From contig MWCQ01000006.1 in NCBI GenBank assembly GCA_002070105.1, forward strand, positions 35,651-99,650: a stretch of 64,000 nt of DNA, written 5' to 3'. This document shows, piece after piece, positions 1 through 10,062 of this stretch. Under the pieces are notes generated by a model. The model worked only from the letters and a program-made list of their open reading frames with translations. It was not told the DNA's origin and did not search any database. Position numbers and translations under genes: made by a program. Numbering within the stretch: the first letter of the stretch is position 1; each line of letters begins with the position of its first letter. The stretch comes from Firmicutes bacterium ADurb.Bin193 (lineage in GTDB: Bacteria; Bacillota; Clostridia; Monoglobales; Firm-18).

Positions 1-213
1 CTCTTTTTCCTCAAGTTTTGTAAGGTTTTTTCCGCTTATCCAAAAATCGGCTACATTCTGACCGCCGTAATAGCTGTCCGCGACCAATGTCAGGTTGTAG
101 GTTATTCCCGACATCCCCACATACATAAAAACGCCGATAGCGGTTACTATAATAACGGACATCAGGCGTGGCAGAGTCGAAAAGATTTCTCTGAAAAAAT
201 TTCGTACAAGCAT
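1..213 (-). CDS. ABC transporter permease (FtsX/MacB-like), N-terminal part; gene runs off the window start
   Basis: My translation from the ATG at 211-213 gives MLVRNFFREIFSTLPRLMSVIIVTAIGVFMYVGMSG..., with a hydrophobic TM1 typical of FtsX-type permeases. The start is 1 nt after the stop of the ATPase gene 215..928. Confidence 0.7.
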   Translation of the reverse strand, partial: MLVRNFFREIFSTLPRLMSVIIVTAIGVFMYVGMSGITYNLTLVADSYYGGQNVADFWISGKNLTKLEEKE

Positions 214-214
214 A

Positions 215-928
215 TTACCACTCCATACTTTCTACGGGTATCGGGTTTTCATTTTTCTCTATGCTTACAATCTTTCCGCTTTTCATCCTCAAAACCAAAT
301 CCCCGATAGGCGCTATTGCCTGGTTGTGCGTTACTATAATAACCGTCTTTTTGCTCTGTCTGCAAATGCGTGCCAAAAGCTCTAAAATGGATTTTCCCGT
401 TTTATAGTCAAGCGCACCCGTGGGCTCGTCGCAAAGCAGAATATCGGGGTTTTTGGCAAGCGCCCTTGCAATCGCAACGCGCTGTTGCTCTCCGCCCGAT
501 ATCTGGGAGGGAAAGTTATTCTCTCTTTCTTCAAGACCCACAAGCCTCAGCGTTTCGCTTGCGTTTAGCGGATTAGTGCAAATCTGGGTCGCAAGCTCAA
601 CATTTTCAACCACCGTCAGATTGGGCATTAAGTTATAAAACTGGAATACAAAGCCGATATTGTCGCGGCGGTATTTTGTAAGCTCGGTCTTATTGTATTT
701 CGAAATGTCCTGCCCCGCTACAAAAACCTCGCCGCTCGTAGGCTTATCCATTCCGCCGAGGATATTTAATACCGTTGACTTCCCTGCGCCGGACGCGCCT
801 AAAAGGATAACAAAGCTCCCCTCATCCACATCAAAGCTTATGTCGTCAACCGCCTTTATTATGTTGTCGCCCATTATGTATTCCCTTACAAGATTCTTTA
901 CCCGGATTGCCTTGTTCAACGAAACCAC
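215..928 (-). CDS. ABC transporter ATP-binding protein (MacB/LolD/FtsE-like)
   Basis: Walker [10 protein letters not shown], signature [15 protein letters not shown], Walker [14 protein letters not shown]-loop VTHN. Confidence 0.9.
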   Translation of the reverse strand: MVSLNKAIRVKNLVREYIMGDNIIKAVDDISFDVDEGSFVILLGASGAGKSTVLNILGGMDKPTSGEVFVAGQDISKYNKTELTKYRRDNIGFVFQFYNLMPNLTVVENVELATQICTNPLNASETLRLVGLEERENNFPSQISGGEQQRVAIARALAKNPDILLCDEPTGALDYKTGKSILELLARICRQSKKTVIIVTHNQAIAPIGDLVLRMKSGKIVSIEKNENPIPVESMEW

Positions 929-1072
929 ATCCCTTTAGCGTACCCGTTTAGCGAAACATTCTGTTGTTTATGATTCATAGCGCACAAAAAACACCATACT
1001 ATAGATTATAGCACACATACAGCACTTCTGTAAACGATTTTCAAACAACTGTAATAGTTATTCTATCGGGAA

Positions 1073-1130
1073 AAAACCGCCCCTTTCCTTTTGGAAAATT
1101 TCAAAAGAAAAGCGGCGGTTTTTATTTAAT
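1073..1130 (-). terminator. putative intrinsic terminator downstream of 1175..1942
   Basis: aaaaaccgcc...ggcggttttt stem enclosing an inner hairpin, with a T-run on the minus strand. Confidence 0.4.
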
Positions 1131-1174
1131 ATGAGCGCTAAAACGCACCGTCAACAGTTAGAAGAAAACACTGT

Positions 1175-1942
1175 TTAATAGGTGTAAACAATATTTACCG
1201 TTGCGGTTACCTGTATTTCTCCGCTTGTTATGTTGGTATTACTGCCTTCAAAATCCATACCGCCGCCACCCAATGCCTTAGGCGCAACAGCATTGTAGGT
1301 ATAGTTGTCATAGGGCATAATACTGCCTGCGCTTATGTTTTTGATTTTAATTGAAGTTATACCAAAGGATTTTGCCAATACTCCGGCTTTATCCTGTGCT
1401 CTTTTGGATGCACCTTCAAGAGCCTGCAGATACAGCTCATGCTGTTTCGGCTTGGACAGCGAAAACTGAACGCTGTTAAGCTCGTTAACTCCGTTTTCCA
1501 CCGTAATATCTATAAGCCTTCCCACAAGGGATACATCGGTAAGCATTACCCTTATCATATGGGTAATCTGATATTCCTTCAGTATACGCTTGTTGTAATA
1601 TGTACCTTCATGATATATGCCTGTGTATTCTTCCGTTTTTATATATTCATAGATAGGAACAGAGTTATATTGCGTGGTTTTTATGTATCTTTCATCAATT
1701 CCCAATGCCTTAATCGCATTTATAATGCTATTCATTTTGATTTTGTTTTCCTCTTGGCAGAGCTTGTAGTCTATGTTGTTCGTTTTAACGCCGATTGAAA
1801 CAAATGCCTCGTCTGCAACCGCTACAACCGTATAGTCACCGCTTACCGACAAAACATTTTCCTCATTTTCAGCACTTACGGCAACCGAAAAGATATTCGC
1901 AACAAGGAATGCCACAACAATTACCGACAGAATTTTTTTCAT
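1175..1942 (-). CDS. secreted SIMPL/DUF541-like protein
   Basis: N-terminal signal peptide MKKILSVIVVAFLVANIFSVAVSA. Size and overall pattern recall the SIMPL (26 kDa periplasmic immunogenic protein) family. Assigned from memory only. Confidence 0.55.
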   Translation of the reverse strand: MKKILSVIVVAFLVANIFSVAVSAENEENVLSVSGDYTVVAVADEAFVSIGVKTNNIDYKLCQEENKIKMNSIINAIKALGIDERYIKTTQYNSVPIYEYIKTEEYTGIYHEGTYYNKRILKEYQITHMIRVMLTDVSLVGRLIDITVENGVNELNSVQFSLSKPKQHELYLQALEGASKRAQDKAGVLAKSFGITSIKIKNISAGSIMPYDNYTYNAVAPKALGGGGMDFEGSNTNITSGEIQVTATVNIVYTY

Positions 1943-2008
1943 AAGATTACCTCCTAAAATTTTGTTTCATAATTTAGACGATAAAGCATTATAAAAGTTC
2001 CCGTAATT

Positions 2009-2803
2009 TCACTCATTTGCCTTAAAACTCCAAAGCCCTTTGGCAAGTAAAAAGCCGACCATTCTTGAGAGGGTATCATAATAATTTGCTACACCTCTAT
2101 CGGGACCCATATTGAAAAATCCATGTCCCTTGCCCTCGTAAGCAACAAGCTCACAATTATTCCCGTTTTCCTTCATAAGCCTTTGGAACCTTTGAGAGTT
2201 TTCAAAAGGCACTACGGTATCCGCCGTTCCGTGAAATATTAATGTGTCCGGCAGGCCGGGTCTTATATGGTGTATGGGGGATAAATCCTCAAACGGTCTG
2301 TTCATAAGCATAAGAGGCTTGCTTTGATAACCTCTCTCGGTTGTGTCAAGCACAGGATTAAAAAGCACCATAGCGTTTATTTTTATTTCCGCATCGCTGT
2401 ACTCTTTCGCCAAATCATTCAAAATGGCGACGCTTGCCGCCAAATGTCCCCCTGCGCTGCCTCCGCCAGCAGCAATTTTGTTTTTATCAATGCCAAGAGC
2501 CTCTGCATTTTTTGTTATAAATACGGTTGCGGCAATCGCATCCAAAACCGCAGTGTCGGCAGCGGTATTGTGCCTTGAAAAAACCCTGTAATCGGGGGTA
2601 AACGCAATCATACCAAGCCTTGCAAGTTCCGTTGCCTGCGGCCTGAAATGGGCGACACTGCCTTTTGTCCACCCTCCGCCGAAGAAAAATATCATTGCCC
2701 CTCTTATCTCTCCGTCAGGGTTATTCGGACGGTACATATTCATTGTTAACGGATAACCGTCAAACGCTTTAAATTCAAGTTGTTTGATTTCCATGGAGTT
2801 CAC
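2009..2803 (-). CDS. alpha/beta hydrolase (esterase/lipase, fold-3 type)
   Basis: Oxyanion motif FFFGGGW, nucleophile elbow GGSAGG, C-terminal GHGF. Confidence 0.8.
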   Translation of the reverse strand: MNSMEIKQLEFKAFDGYPLTMNMYRPNNPDGEIRGAMIFFFGGGWTKGSVAHFRPQATELARLGMIAFTPDYRVFSRHNTAADTAVLDAIAATVFITKNAEALGIDKNKIAAGGGSAGGHLAASVAILNDLAKEYSDAEIKINAMVLFNPVLDTTERGYQSKPLMLMNRPFEDLSPIHHIRPGLPDTLIFHGTADTVVPFENSQRFQRLMKENGNNCELVAYEGKGHGFFNMGPDRGVANYYDTLSRMVGFLLAKGLWSFKANE

Positions 2804-2940
2804 CTCATTTGTATTGTTAATATTATCTTACACCTTAATTTTACAAATTGCAACAATTGTATTAAATATCACCGCACAAAAAAGATGCCATTTATATCCG
2901 GCATCTTTTGCGAATCCGTAGTATCGGTCTTTTCCAAGCC

Positions 2941-4020
2941 CTATCTTCTCTTATTCTTTTCTTTTGCGAGCCGACGGGCATTTTTTATACCGCCGACGCT
3001 TTTAAACATTTCATTTATCTTTGCCGTTTCGATTTGCTTTGAGTTAAGCCCCTCATACTTGGCTTCCTTTTTCAGCTTTTGATAGCTTTCAAGCCGTGCC
3101 TGTGTGAGAGTACCGTCATTTACAGCCTTCAAAACCGCACAGCCCGGCTCGCTTTTATGCGCACAGTCGTTAAACCTGCATAATGCTGACAGCTTATCGA
3201 TATCAGAAAAGGCTTTTTGAAGGTCGGCGCTCTCAAGCCCAAGCTCTCTCATTCCCGGCGTGTCGATTACCATACCGCCGTTTGGCAGTATAAAAAGCTC
3301 TCTTTTTGTTGTGGTATGCCTGCCCCTATCGTCGCTTCTTATCTCTTTGGTCGCAATTATATCATCGCCGAGCAATCGGTTAATCAAAGTGGACTTTCCG
3401 ACGCCCGACGACCCGATAAACGCAACGGTCTTGCCCTCCTTGATATAATCCAAAACCTGATTATAGCCGTCTTTGCTCATGCTTGTCGTGACAAGCGTTT
3501 CTACCCCCACGGCAACCGAATTCACCTCCAAAAGCTTTTTTGCAAGGTCGTCGCACAAATCCGCCTTTGTCAGCACAACAACGGGAGTTGCTCTGCTGTC
3601 CCACGCAATGGAGAGATAACGCTCCAATCTTCTGAGATTAAAATCGTTGTTGAGTGACATACAGATAAAGACCGTATCAATATTTGCCGCCACAACCTGC
3701 TCATCATTCGCCGTACCCGCGGCCTTTCTTATAAATGAGCTTTTTCTTGTCAGCACATTGTGTATAATGGCGTTGCCGTTTGTGTCGTCGTCGCGGTCGA
3801 GCATAACAAAATCACCGACCGCAGGGTAATCGGACAGGGCTTTTGCCTCGAAGCGAAACTTCCCTGAAACCTCCGATGTCACCACGCCGCTTTCGCATAC
3901 GACATTATAAAGGTCTTTGTTTTGGGAAATTACCCGCCCGACAAAAAAATCGCTATATAAAGAAGCTTCAGCCAAAAGCCGATGGCTAAGCCCTAATTTT
4001 TGCATATCTGTTTTATTCAA
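2941..4020 (-). CDS. rsgA: ribosome small-subunit-dependent GTPase A
   Basis: Circularly permuted GTPase motifs VVLTKADL, GSSGVGKSTLINRL and DTPGMRE, plus zinc knuckle CRFNDCAHKSEPGCAV. Likely TTG start at 4020, 9 nt after GGAGG; the long ORF reaches 4071. Confidence 0.9.
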   Translation of the reverse strand: MNKTDMQKLGLSHRLLAEASLYSDFFVGRVISQNKDLYNVVCESGVVTSEVSGKFRFEAKALSDYPAVGDFVMLDRDDDTNGNAIIHNVLTRKSSFIRKAAGTANDEQVVAANIDTVFICMSLNNDFNLRRLERYLSIAWDSRATPVVVLTKADLCDDLAKKLLEVNSVAVGVETLVTTSMSKDGYNQVLDYIKEGKTVAFIGSSGVGKSTLINRLLGDDIIATKEIRSDDRGRHTTTKRELFILPNGGMVIDTPGMRELGLESADLQKAFSDIDKLSALCRFNDCAHKSEPGCAVLKAVNDGTLTQARLESYQKLKKEAKYEGLNSKQIETAKINEMFKSVGGIKNARRLAKEKNKRR

Positions 4021-4210
4021 TTTAATTTTCCTCCTTAAAGTTGTGTGAAAACTTATGGGAGGCTTATACATTGATTATTTTGTATACACCTCCCGATGTA
4101 CTACAATTTCCATTGTGTTGTTAAACATAAATTAACAGCTCCTTTCAATAACAATATATCATAAGTATGATATAGAAACAAGAGAGCGAGGATAATTTGT
4201 CAAATCAATC

Positions 4211-4253
4211 AAAAAAACGGCTCTCATCGGCTAAGCGCAGCGATGAAAGCCGT
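4211..4253 (-). terminator. intrinsic terminator after the DUF2935 gene
   Basis: Stem acggctctcatcg / cgatgaaagccgt followed by a 7-T run on the minus strand. Confidence 0.6.
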
Positions 4254-4291
4254 CTTTGTTTTGTACTGATAAGTCAAAATCGGTATAAAAA

Positions 4292-5206
4292 TCAATCGGT
4301 TTTAAGTATTCTTAAAAAGTGATTTGCTTCCCTTAATGTATGGTCGCCCAACAATGGTATAATTATTGACTTTATCTTACATTCCAGTATGCCTTCCGTT
4401 CCCTGTCGTTTGAAATTTCTTATTTCTGTGGTGGCTTTAATACTTTTGTCAGTGACATCGGACAACAATTCGGTGTGTCTTTGCGCTTCCAGGGATTCCT
4501 GTGTAAGCATATCAAAAGTATCGCCGAACATATCAGCCGCATTAAACAAATCAACCTCTGTCGGATCTAACAAGCCCCTGATAAATTTTGCGTGCTCCGC
4601 CATAATTCTGTTCCAGAACGCTTCCTGCTCTGCCAAATCCTTTTCCGAGTCAATATCTTCTCTGTTTTGCAGTCTGTTTATCATGTTCAGATAAAATCTT
4701 GCTTCTCTTAAAACATGATCAATGAGGAGCGGATAATTTAAGGTGAATATTTCACATGTCAGCACGCTGTTAAGTATTTTTTCTTTGAATGATATAATGG
4801 ATTTCAGTAAATTAATTGCCTTTTGGTTAATTTGCCTTACTCTTTGGAGTACCATCGGATTTATCATTACTCTGTTTGCTGCCGACAACCCTTGCTCGGC
4901 TTGCGTCAATCCGATATCAAAAGCAATGCCGGTAAAAAACTGGGTTGCTTTTTCTGCTTCAAGTGTATAGTTGGTTACTATCTCTCCCGAAGCGGCTACC
5001 TGCGGGCTTAATAATCCGTTGGCGACGGATATCGTTTCGGCAAGAATTCTGGTTGCTTCAGCTTTCAGCATATCCGCCTGACGGCCTAAATTTTGGTCTT
5101 TCGGCGTGAATGCAACCTGAATAAAGAACATATGCTCTTTCATTATTCTCATGAAAAATAAGTTTAGGTCTATCGAATGTCTTACAAATTCTTCGTTTGA
5201 CAGCAA
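4292..5206 (-). CDS. DUF2935-like helical-bundle protein (two internal repeats)
   Basis: Repeated F..M.EH..F / REA.HFL motifs (MRIMKEHMFFI, NRIMAEHAKFI, HVLREARFYL, HTLREANHFL). Family recalled from Clostridia. Confidence 0.5.
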   Translation of the reverse strand: MLSNEEFVRHSIDLNLFFMRIMKEHMFFIQVAFTPKDQNLGRQADMLKAEATRILAETISVANGLLSPQVAASGEIVTNYTLEAEKATQFFTGIAFDIGLTQAEQGLSAANRVMINPMVLQRVRQINQKAINLLKSIISFKEKILNSVLTCEIFTLNYPLLIDHVLREARFYLNMINRLQNREDIDSEKDLAEQEAFWNRIMAEHAKFIRGLLDPTEVDLFNAADMFGDTFDMLTQESLEAQRHTELLSDVTDKSIKATTEIRNFKRQGTEGILECKIKSIIIPLLGDHTLREANHFLRILKTD

Positions 5207-5308
5207 TATATTTGCCTCCTTCTAATTTAATATTTATGGCATTTTACCTATACCATTATATGATTGTCATCGGAAGTTGTGATTTTATAGAAGGATTATA
5301 ACTATAAT

Positions 5309-5336
5309 AAAACCGGACTTTTTAAGTCCGGTTTTA
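5309..5336 (-). terminator. hairpin terminator after gerQ-like gene (bidirectional in shape)
   Basis: aaccggac-loop-gtccggtt flanked by A/T runs. Confidence 0.5.
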
Positions 5337-5363
5337 TTAGTATCGCAATTATGTTGTTTACAG

Positions 5364-5750
5364 CTACGGCAGAATCGTTACGAACTTGACCGAATAAAGG
5401 TCACACATAACCTGGGTGCGGGAATTAAAGTCGTCCAGAACAAAATAATTTATGCCGACCTCAATAAGCCTTCCGGTTTTATCCAGATACGATGGGCCGA
5501 TTACAAATTCCGCTCTGACATTTTTACCTATGTTTCTTGCCAAATACGCAGGTATGTAACCGGGCTCGGTAATCATAGGGGGCCCTTGCTGAGTTAGCGT
5601 GCCGTCATCTGTTTCGGTATCCGCCGAGGGCGCCATCTGCGGAGTTTGATACGCAAAGGGCTGAAAAGGCCTCTCATTGCGGGTCGTTTGTTGCGACGGG
5701 CTTCCCCCGACCACGGGATTTCCCATCCAATTTACTTTATTGTTAGCCAT
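5364..5750 (-). CDS. gerQ: spore coat protein GerQ-like
   Basis: Q/P-rich N-terminus. The C-terminal block YIPAYLARNIGKNVRAEFVIG...GRLIEVGINYFVLDD...YSVKFVT parallels B. subtilis GerQ (YIENILRLN.GK...EAAGRDHIIISD...YLDYITF). It sits immediately downstream of a CwlJ-family gene. Confidence 0.6.
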   Translation of the reverse strand: MANNKVNWMGNPVVGGSPSQQTTRNERPFQPFAYQTPQMAPSADTETDDGTLTQQGPPMITEPGYIPAYLARNIGKNVRAEFVIGPSYLDKTGRLIEVGINYFVLDDFNSRTQVMCDLYSVKFVTILP

Positions 5751-5772
5751 ATTTTACATCTCCTTTCATTTA

Positions 5773-6222
5773 TTATGTTTCTCCGTATGCAGCGGTGGGA
5801 TTATAGAAGCAATGCTGATTTACTCTTGTAAGCCAGTATCCGGTTCTGTTGTACGGGAAAAAATTCGGGCATTGCGGTCTGAACGGATTCATATACCACA
5901 ATGAGTTGCCTGTGGCTCCTGTATGTATACCGCCGCCTATAGCCCAATCGGCCACCTGATAATGGATCGGGTCGGGCGTTGCGACCCATACATTCTGTGT
6001 GTTCTGAACGCCCCCTATTATTGTTTTGAGGCACGAAAACTGACAAGCCTGCTCAATCACCCTGCGCAGATCCCCCTTGCACACCCTATGGTATTCGCCG
6101 TAAGAAACCCTTACCCTGTTCATAACTACGGTTGCTACGGCTCTCATTCCGCTTTCGCCCTCGCCTCCGGCTTCGCATTTGATTAGTCTTGCAAACAGCT
6201 CTCTTGTGTCCATGGACTTCAC
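5773..6222 (-). CDS. cwlJ: spore cortex-lytic cell wall hydrolase, CwlJ/SleB (Hydrolase_2) family
   Basis: LIKCEAGGEGESGMRAVATVVMNRV and QFSC motifs typical of SleB/CwlJ catalytic domains. Confidence 0.8.
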   Translation of the reverse strand: MKSMDTRELFARLIKCEAGGEGESGMRAVATVVMNRVRVSYGEYHRVCKGDLRRVIEQACQFSCLKTIIGGVQNTQNVWVATPDPIHYQVADWAIGGGIHTGATGNSLWYMNPFRPQCPNFFPYNRTGYWLTRVNQHCFYNPTAAYGET

Positions 6223-6368
6223 CTCACCATTTTATTTTATTCCGCTGCGAGGAATTTGCTACATCTTATTCGGATATCAAATTATATGCTCATTTCTTTA
6301 GGTTTACCGACATACATTATTGTATAGGCATTGGAGAGCCTAATCAATACGAAGGGAGCATTATAACC

Positions 6369-7457
6369 ATGACTGCCAAAACAACAAATTATTTCGCATG
6401 CGGAAACACGGCACAAGGATTTATAGATTTTTTTGCATCAAATCTGCAGGGGCTGGATAAGGTCTTTATCCTAAAAGGCGGACCCGGTATGGGCAAATCG
6501 ACTATTATAAGGTCAATTAATGCTTTGTGTGGTGATAAAGGATTGTGCACGGAGTTAATACACTGCTCGTCCGACCCGAATTCGCTGGACGGAATTATCG
6601 TTCCAAAGTTAAAACTTGCGGTTGTGGACGGCACCGCACCGCATGTTATCGAACCGACCGCGCCCGGCGCCGTTGATGAGTATGTTAATCTCGGAATTGC
6701 TTGGGACAGTGTGAAATTAAAAGCCCGCAAGGATGAAATATTGCTTATTAACAAGAAAATCGGCGAATGCTTTAAGGACGCGTATAAATGTTTCGCGGAA
6801 GGCCTCAAAATTCACGATGAATGGGAAAGAATATACATAAAAAATATGAATTTTTCCAATTCAAATACACTCACTCAACAGACAATCAATCTTATTCTGA
6901 TAAACAGAAGCTTTAATAAAGCTCCCCTTGTAAAGCATCGGTTTTTCGGCGCAAGCACCCCGCTCGGCTCGGTAGACTATATCGAAAGCATAACATCGGG
7001 TATAAATAAAAGATACTTATTGAAAGGGCGGCCGGGCACAGGAAAGTCTACTCTCTTGAAAAAACTTGCATCAGCCGCCATAGAAAGGGGATTGGATACT
7101 GAAATTTATCATTGCGGCTTTGATGTCAACAGTCTGGATATGGTCTTGCTGCCGGAACTGGATGTGTGTATATTTGACAGCACAGCCCCTCATTTTTATG
7201 AGCCGTCAAAACCGAATGACGAAATAATAGATATGTATGAAAAGTGTGTAAAGCCCGGAACGGACGAGAAATATCAGCGGGAACTTCAGGGAATTACCTC
7301 GCGCTATAAAATGACGGTACAAAAAGGGATAAAACGCCTTGCTGACGCCAAGGCCCTGCATGATGAGCTGGAAAAAATATACATCGGGGCTATGGATTTT
7401 AATAAAACCAATGTTTTGAGGGATGATATAATTAAATATATAACGGAATTGGTTTAA
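6369..7457 (+). CDS. uncharacterised NTPase with two P-loops
   Basis: Two Walker A motifs, GGPGMGKST and GRPGTGKST, in a duplicated architecture. ATG at 6369 lies 10 nt after GGGAG. The track ORF start at 6189 overlaps the cwlJ start region on the opposite strand and has no RBS. Confidence 0.6.
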   Translation: MTAKTTNYFACGNTAQGFIDFFASNLQGLDKVFILKGGPGMGKSTIIRSINALCGDKGLCTELIHCSSDPNSLDGIIVPKLKLAVVDGTAPHVIEPTAPGAVDEYVNLGIAWDSVKLKARKDEILLINKKIGECFKDAYKCFAEGLKIHDEWERIYIKNMNFSNSNTLTQQTINLILINRSFNKAPLVKHRFFGASTPLGSVDYIESITSGINKRYLLKGRPGTGKSTLLKKLASAAIERGLDTEIYHCGFDVNSLDMVLLPELDVCIFDSTAPHFYEPSKPNDEIIDMYEKCVKPGTDEKYQRELQGITSRYKMTVQKGIKRLADAKALHDELEKIYIGAMDFNKTNVLRDDIIKYITELV

Positions 7458-7503
7458 CCACCCACTCCCCTATTTTTATGAAAACACTTTACTTTTTTAA
7501 TAA

Positions 7504-7544
7504 AGCAACCCACCATTTTTTGTTGGTAGGTTGCTACTTTTTTG
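7504..7544 (+). terminator. intrinsic terminator
   Basis: agcaacccacc / ggtaggttgct stem followed by ttttttg. Confidence 0.6.
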
Positions 7545-7611
7545 TTATGGTTTTAGTTTTAGTCGCCGTTGGAGTATTTGAAGTTCACAATTCTATAATA
7601 ATATACCATTT

Positions 7612-8784
7612 TTAATTTCCGCTACGGGTCAGAATAATTGTTTCAGTATTGTCAAGTGCCTGTTTTATAAGGGCTTCAACATCCAAAAACTTTTCGCTTT
7701 CCAGAATTTTTTCAAGGCGGGGCTTTGTAACGGGATGCCTGGGCGTAAATACGGTGCAGCAGTCCTCATAAGGCAGGATTGATGTTTCAAAGGTTCCTAT
7801 CCTGCGCGCAACAGTCACTATTTCCTCTTTATCCATTCCGATAAGGGGTCTGAAAACGGGATACTCGGCGGCATCGTCCGTCACAAAAAGCGACTCAATA
7901 GTCTGAGAGGCAACCTGCCCTACGCTCTCGCCCGTTATAAGTGCGGACGAGCCATGCTTTTTTGCGATTTTATTCGCTATATACATCATAATCCTGCGCA
8001 TTATTATCGTCATTTGTTCGGGGGGACATTTTTGGTTTATCTCAAGCTGAATATCCGTAAAGGGCACAATATTAACCTCAAGCCTTCCGCAGTAGCCCGC
8101 TAAAATACGGGCAAGCTCCAAAACCTTGTCCTTCGCCCGCTCGCTTGTGTAGGGATAGCTGTAAAAATGCACGGCATTTATTAAAACGCCCCTTTTTGCG
8201 ATTACATACCCCGCTACGGGACTGTCAATCCCGCCCGACAAAAGAAGCGTCGCCCTTCCGTTGGTGCCTGTCGGCATTCCTCCCACACCTTGAATTTTGT
8301 TCAGGTAGATATACGCCGCAAAGTCACGAATCTCAACCGTCAGCAATATGTCGGGGTTTTTAAGGTCAACCGAAAGGTGATCAAAGTTTTCAAAAACAGC
8401 CTCTCCAACCAACGCCGAAAGCTCTTGTGAGGTGTGGGGAAATTTTTTGTCCGCGCGCTTTGACTCAACCTTAAAGGTTTTTCCCTCGGCATCCTTCATA
8501 AGCTCCTTTGCAAGGGCGCATATACTTTCTAAATTTTTTTCGGCAATATAGGCAACCGCCGCAGAAACAATGCCGAAAACCCTCGACAGTCGGAGCGCAA
8601 GCTCTTCTTCGTCGGCGCCCTCCCTCGGCTCAACATAAATCGCCGCCTGCGCCTTCCATATTTTCGATATGTCGTCGCCGCCCGCGCTTTTGAGGTTTGC
8701 AATCAGCTTATCCTCAAACAGCGGGCGATTAAGACCCTTTAGTATTATTTCTCCGTATTTTAATAAAATTAAACTGTTCATCAC
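7612..8784 (-). CDS. thiI: tRNA 4-thiouridine(8) synthase ThiI
   Basis: THUMP-type N-terminus plus PP-loop LLSGGIDSPVA. Overlaps the upstream cysteine desulfurase by 4 nt. Confidence 0.9.
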   Translation of the reverse strand: MMNSLILLKYGEIILKGLNRPLFEDKLIANLKSAGGDDISKIWKAQAAIYVEPREGADEEELALRLSRVFGIVSAAVAYIAEKNLESICALAKELMKDAEGKTFKVESKRADKKFPHTSQELSALVGEAVFENFDHLSVDLKNPDILLTVEIRDFAAYIYLNKIQGVGGMPTGTNGRATLLLSGGIDSPVAGYVIAKRGVLINAVHFYSYPYTSERAKDKVLELARILAGYCGRLEVNIVPFTDIQLEINQKCPPEQMTIIMRRIMMYIANKIAKKHGSSALITGESVGQVASQTIESLFVTDDAAEYPVFRPLIGMDKEEIVTVARRIGTFETSILPYEDCCTVFTPRHPVTKPRLEKILESEKFLDVEALIKQALDNTETIILTRSGN

Positions 8785-9899
8785 ATTATCCCCTGTCGGC
8801 TTTTAAGCTCTTTTATGACTTCATTTATTATTTTTACCGCCTCTTTTACCTCATCCTCGGTATTCAGCGCGGAAAAGCTTATTCTTATACTGCTGTCCAC
8901 AAGCTCTTTTGAAAGACCCATTGCGGTTAAAACATGGCTTGGGCTCGGGCGGTTTGACGAACAGGCGGAGCCTGACGATACTATAACGCCCCTTTGCTCC
9001 AACGAGTGTAAGATTATTTCGGAGCGCAGGCCCTTTGCCGAAATATTGAGTATATAGGGTGAGGCGTTATCGGGGCTGTTTATCACAACGCCCGAAAGAC
9101 CCTTCCTCATAATTTCATTAAGCCGTCCGGCGTGGTCAAGGCTTAAAGCATTTTGCGCCGCTATGCCAAAGCCGATAATTGCGGGGGTGTTAAGCGTTCC
9201 GCTTCTGATGCCGCCCTCATGCGCGCCGCCGTATAGCCGGGGAATTATTTTGACCCCTTTCCTGACATAAAGCGCGCCAATGCCCTTGGGGCCGTGTATC
9301 TTGTGGGCGGAGACGGAAATCAAATCGGCAACGCCCTTTGGGAAATCTATCTTGCAATAGCTTTGAACGGCATCCACATGAAACAGGCAATTAGGGTTTT
9401 TCCGTTTTATTGACCGAGCAATTTCCGCAATAGGCGAAATCACACCTGTTTCGTTGTTTACATGCATTATGCTGACAAGGCTTGTATCGTCGTCTATAAT
9501 GCTTTCAAGGTGTTTTATATCTGTCAGACCGTTTGAGTCAACATCGAGATATACGGCGTTTTCAAGCGTCTTAAAAGGCTCTAAAACCGATTTGTGCTCC
9601 GTCTTTGCGGTTATTATCTTTCCCTTTATCCTAAGGGCGCTGTATGCGCCGAGAATTGCAAGGTTGTTGCTTTCCGTGCCGCCCGAGGTAAAGTATATGT
9701 CGCTTGCGGGAACCTTAAGCGGTTTTGCAACCGCCTCGCGCGCAGCTTTAACAGCACGCTCAGCCTTAACTCCGAGCGTGTGAAGTGACGACGGATTTCC
9801 GTAATTGTCACGCATTGCCTCATAAACCGCATTTGCCACTGCTTCATACGGCCTTGTCGAGGCGCTGTTATCAAGATAGATAATATCCAAAACATTCAT
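8781..9899 (-). CDS. cysteine desulfurase (NifS/IscS/NifZ-like, class V aminotransferase)
   Basis: IYLDNSASTRP N-terminus, PLP lysine motif SAHKIHGPKGIGALY, active-site loop SSGSACSS. Start taken at M18 of the track ORF; a TTG a few codons later is also possible. Confidence 0.9.
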   Translation of the reverse strand: MNVLDIIYLDNSASTRPYEAVANAVYEAMRDNYGNPSSLHTLGVKAERAVKAAREAVAKPLKVPASDIYFTSGGTESNNLAILGAYSALRIKGKIITAKTEHKSVLEPFKTLENAVYLDVDSNGLTDIKHLESIIDDDTSLVSIMHVNNETGVISPIAEIARSIKRKNPNCLFHVDAVQSYCKIDFPKGVADLISVSAHKIHGPKGIGALYVRKGVKIIPRLYGGAHEGGIRSGTLNTPAIIGFGIAAQNALSLDHAGRLNEIMRKGLSGVVINSPDNASPYILNISAKGLRSEIILHSLEQRGVIVSSGSACSSNRPSPSHVLTAMGLSKELVDSSIRISFSALNTEDEVKEAVKIINEVIKELKSRQGIM

Positions 9900-10025
9900 T
9901 CCTTTGGTTTGGGTATATGATATGTGTTTTAAATCGTATCCCGTTGTCAAATATGTAATAGCTAATTTATTGTACTATAAATCAGGGGATAATTCAACAT
10001 CATTTGTATAAAACCCCATTAACAC

Positions 10026-10062
10026 AAAACTGAGGCGGGGCATCTTTTGCCCGCCTCAGTTT
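10026..10062 (-). terminator. intrinsic terminator (bidirectional shape) overlapping the stop of 10056..10283
   Basis: ctgaggcggg-10 nt loop-cccgcctcag with T-runs on both strands. Confidence 0.6.

Noticed and set aside
370-938. Plus-strand track ORFs (370..576, 420..638, 660..938) opposite the ABC ATPase gene
   Set aside because: These are antisense shadow ORFs inside a strongly supported CDS, with low-complexity translations and no RBS. The same reasoning applies to most other overlapping short ORFs in the track, for example 1439..1798, 2324..2672, 3217..3829, 12256..13770, 19302..19796, 22025..22621, 44878..45426 and 57238..57918.
6189-6368. N-terminal 60 codons of track ORF 6189..7457
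   Set aside because: There is no RBS at 6189, and it overlaps the cwlJ start region. A GGGAG RBS precedes the ATG at 6369, where the conserved protein begins.
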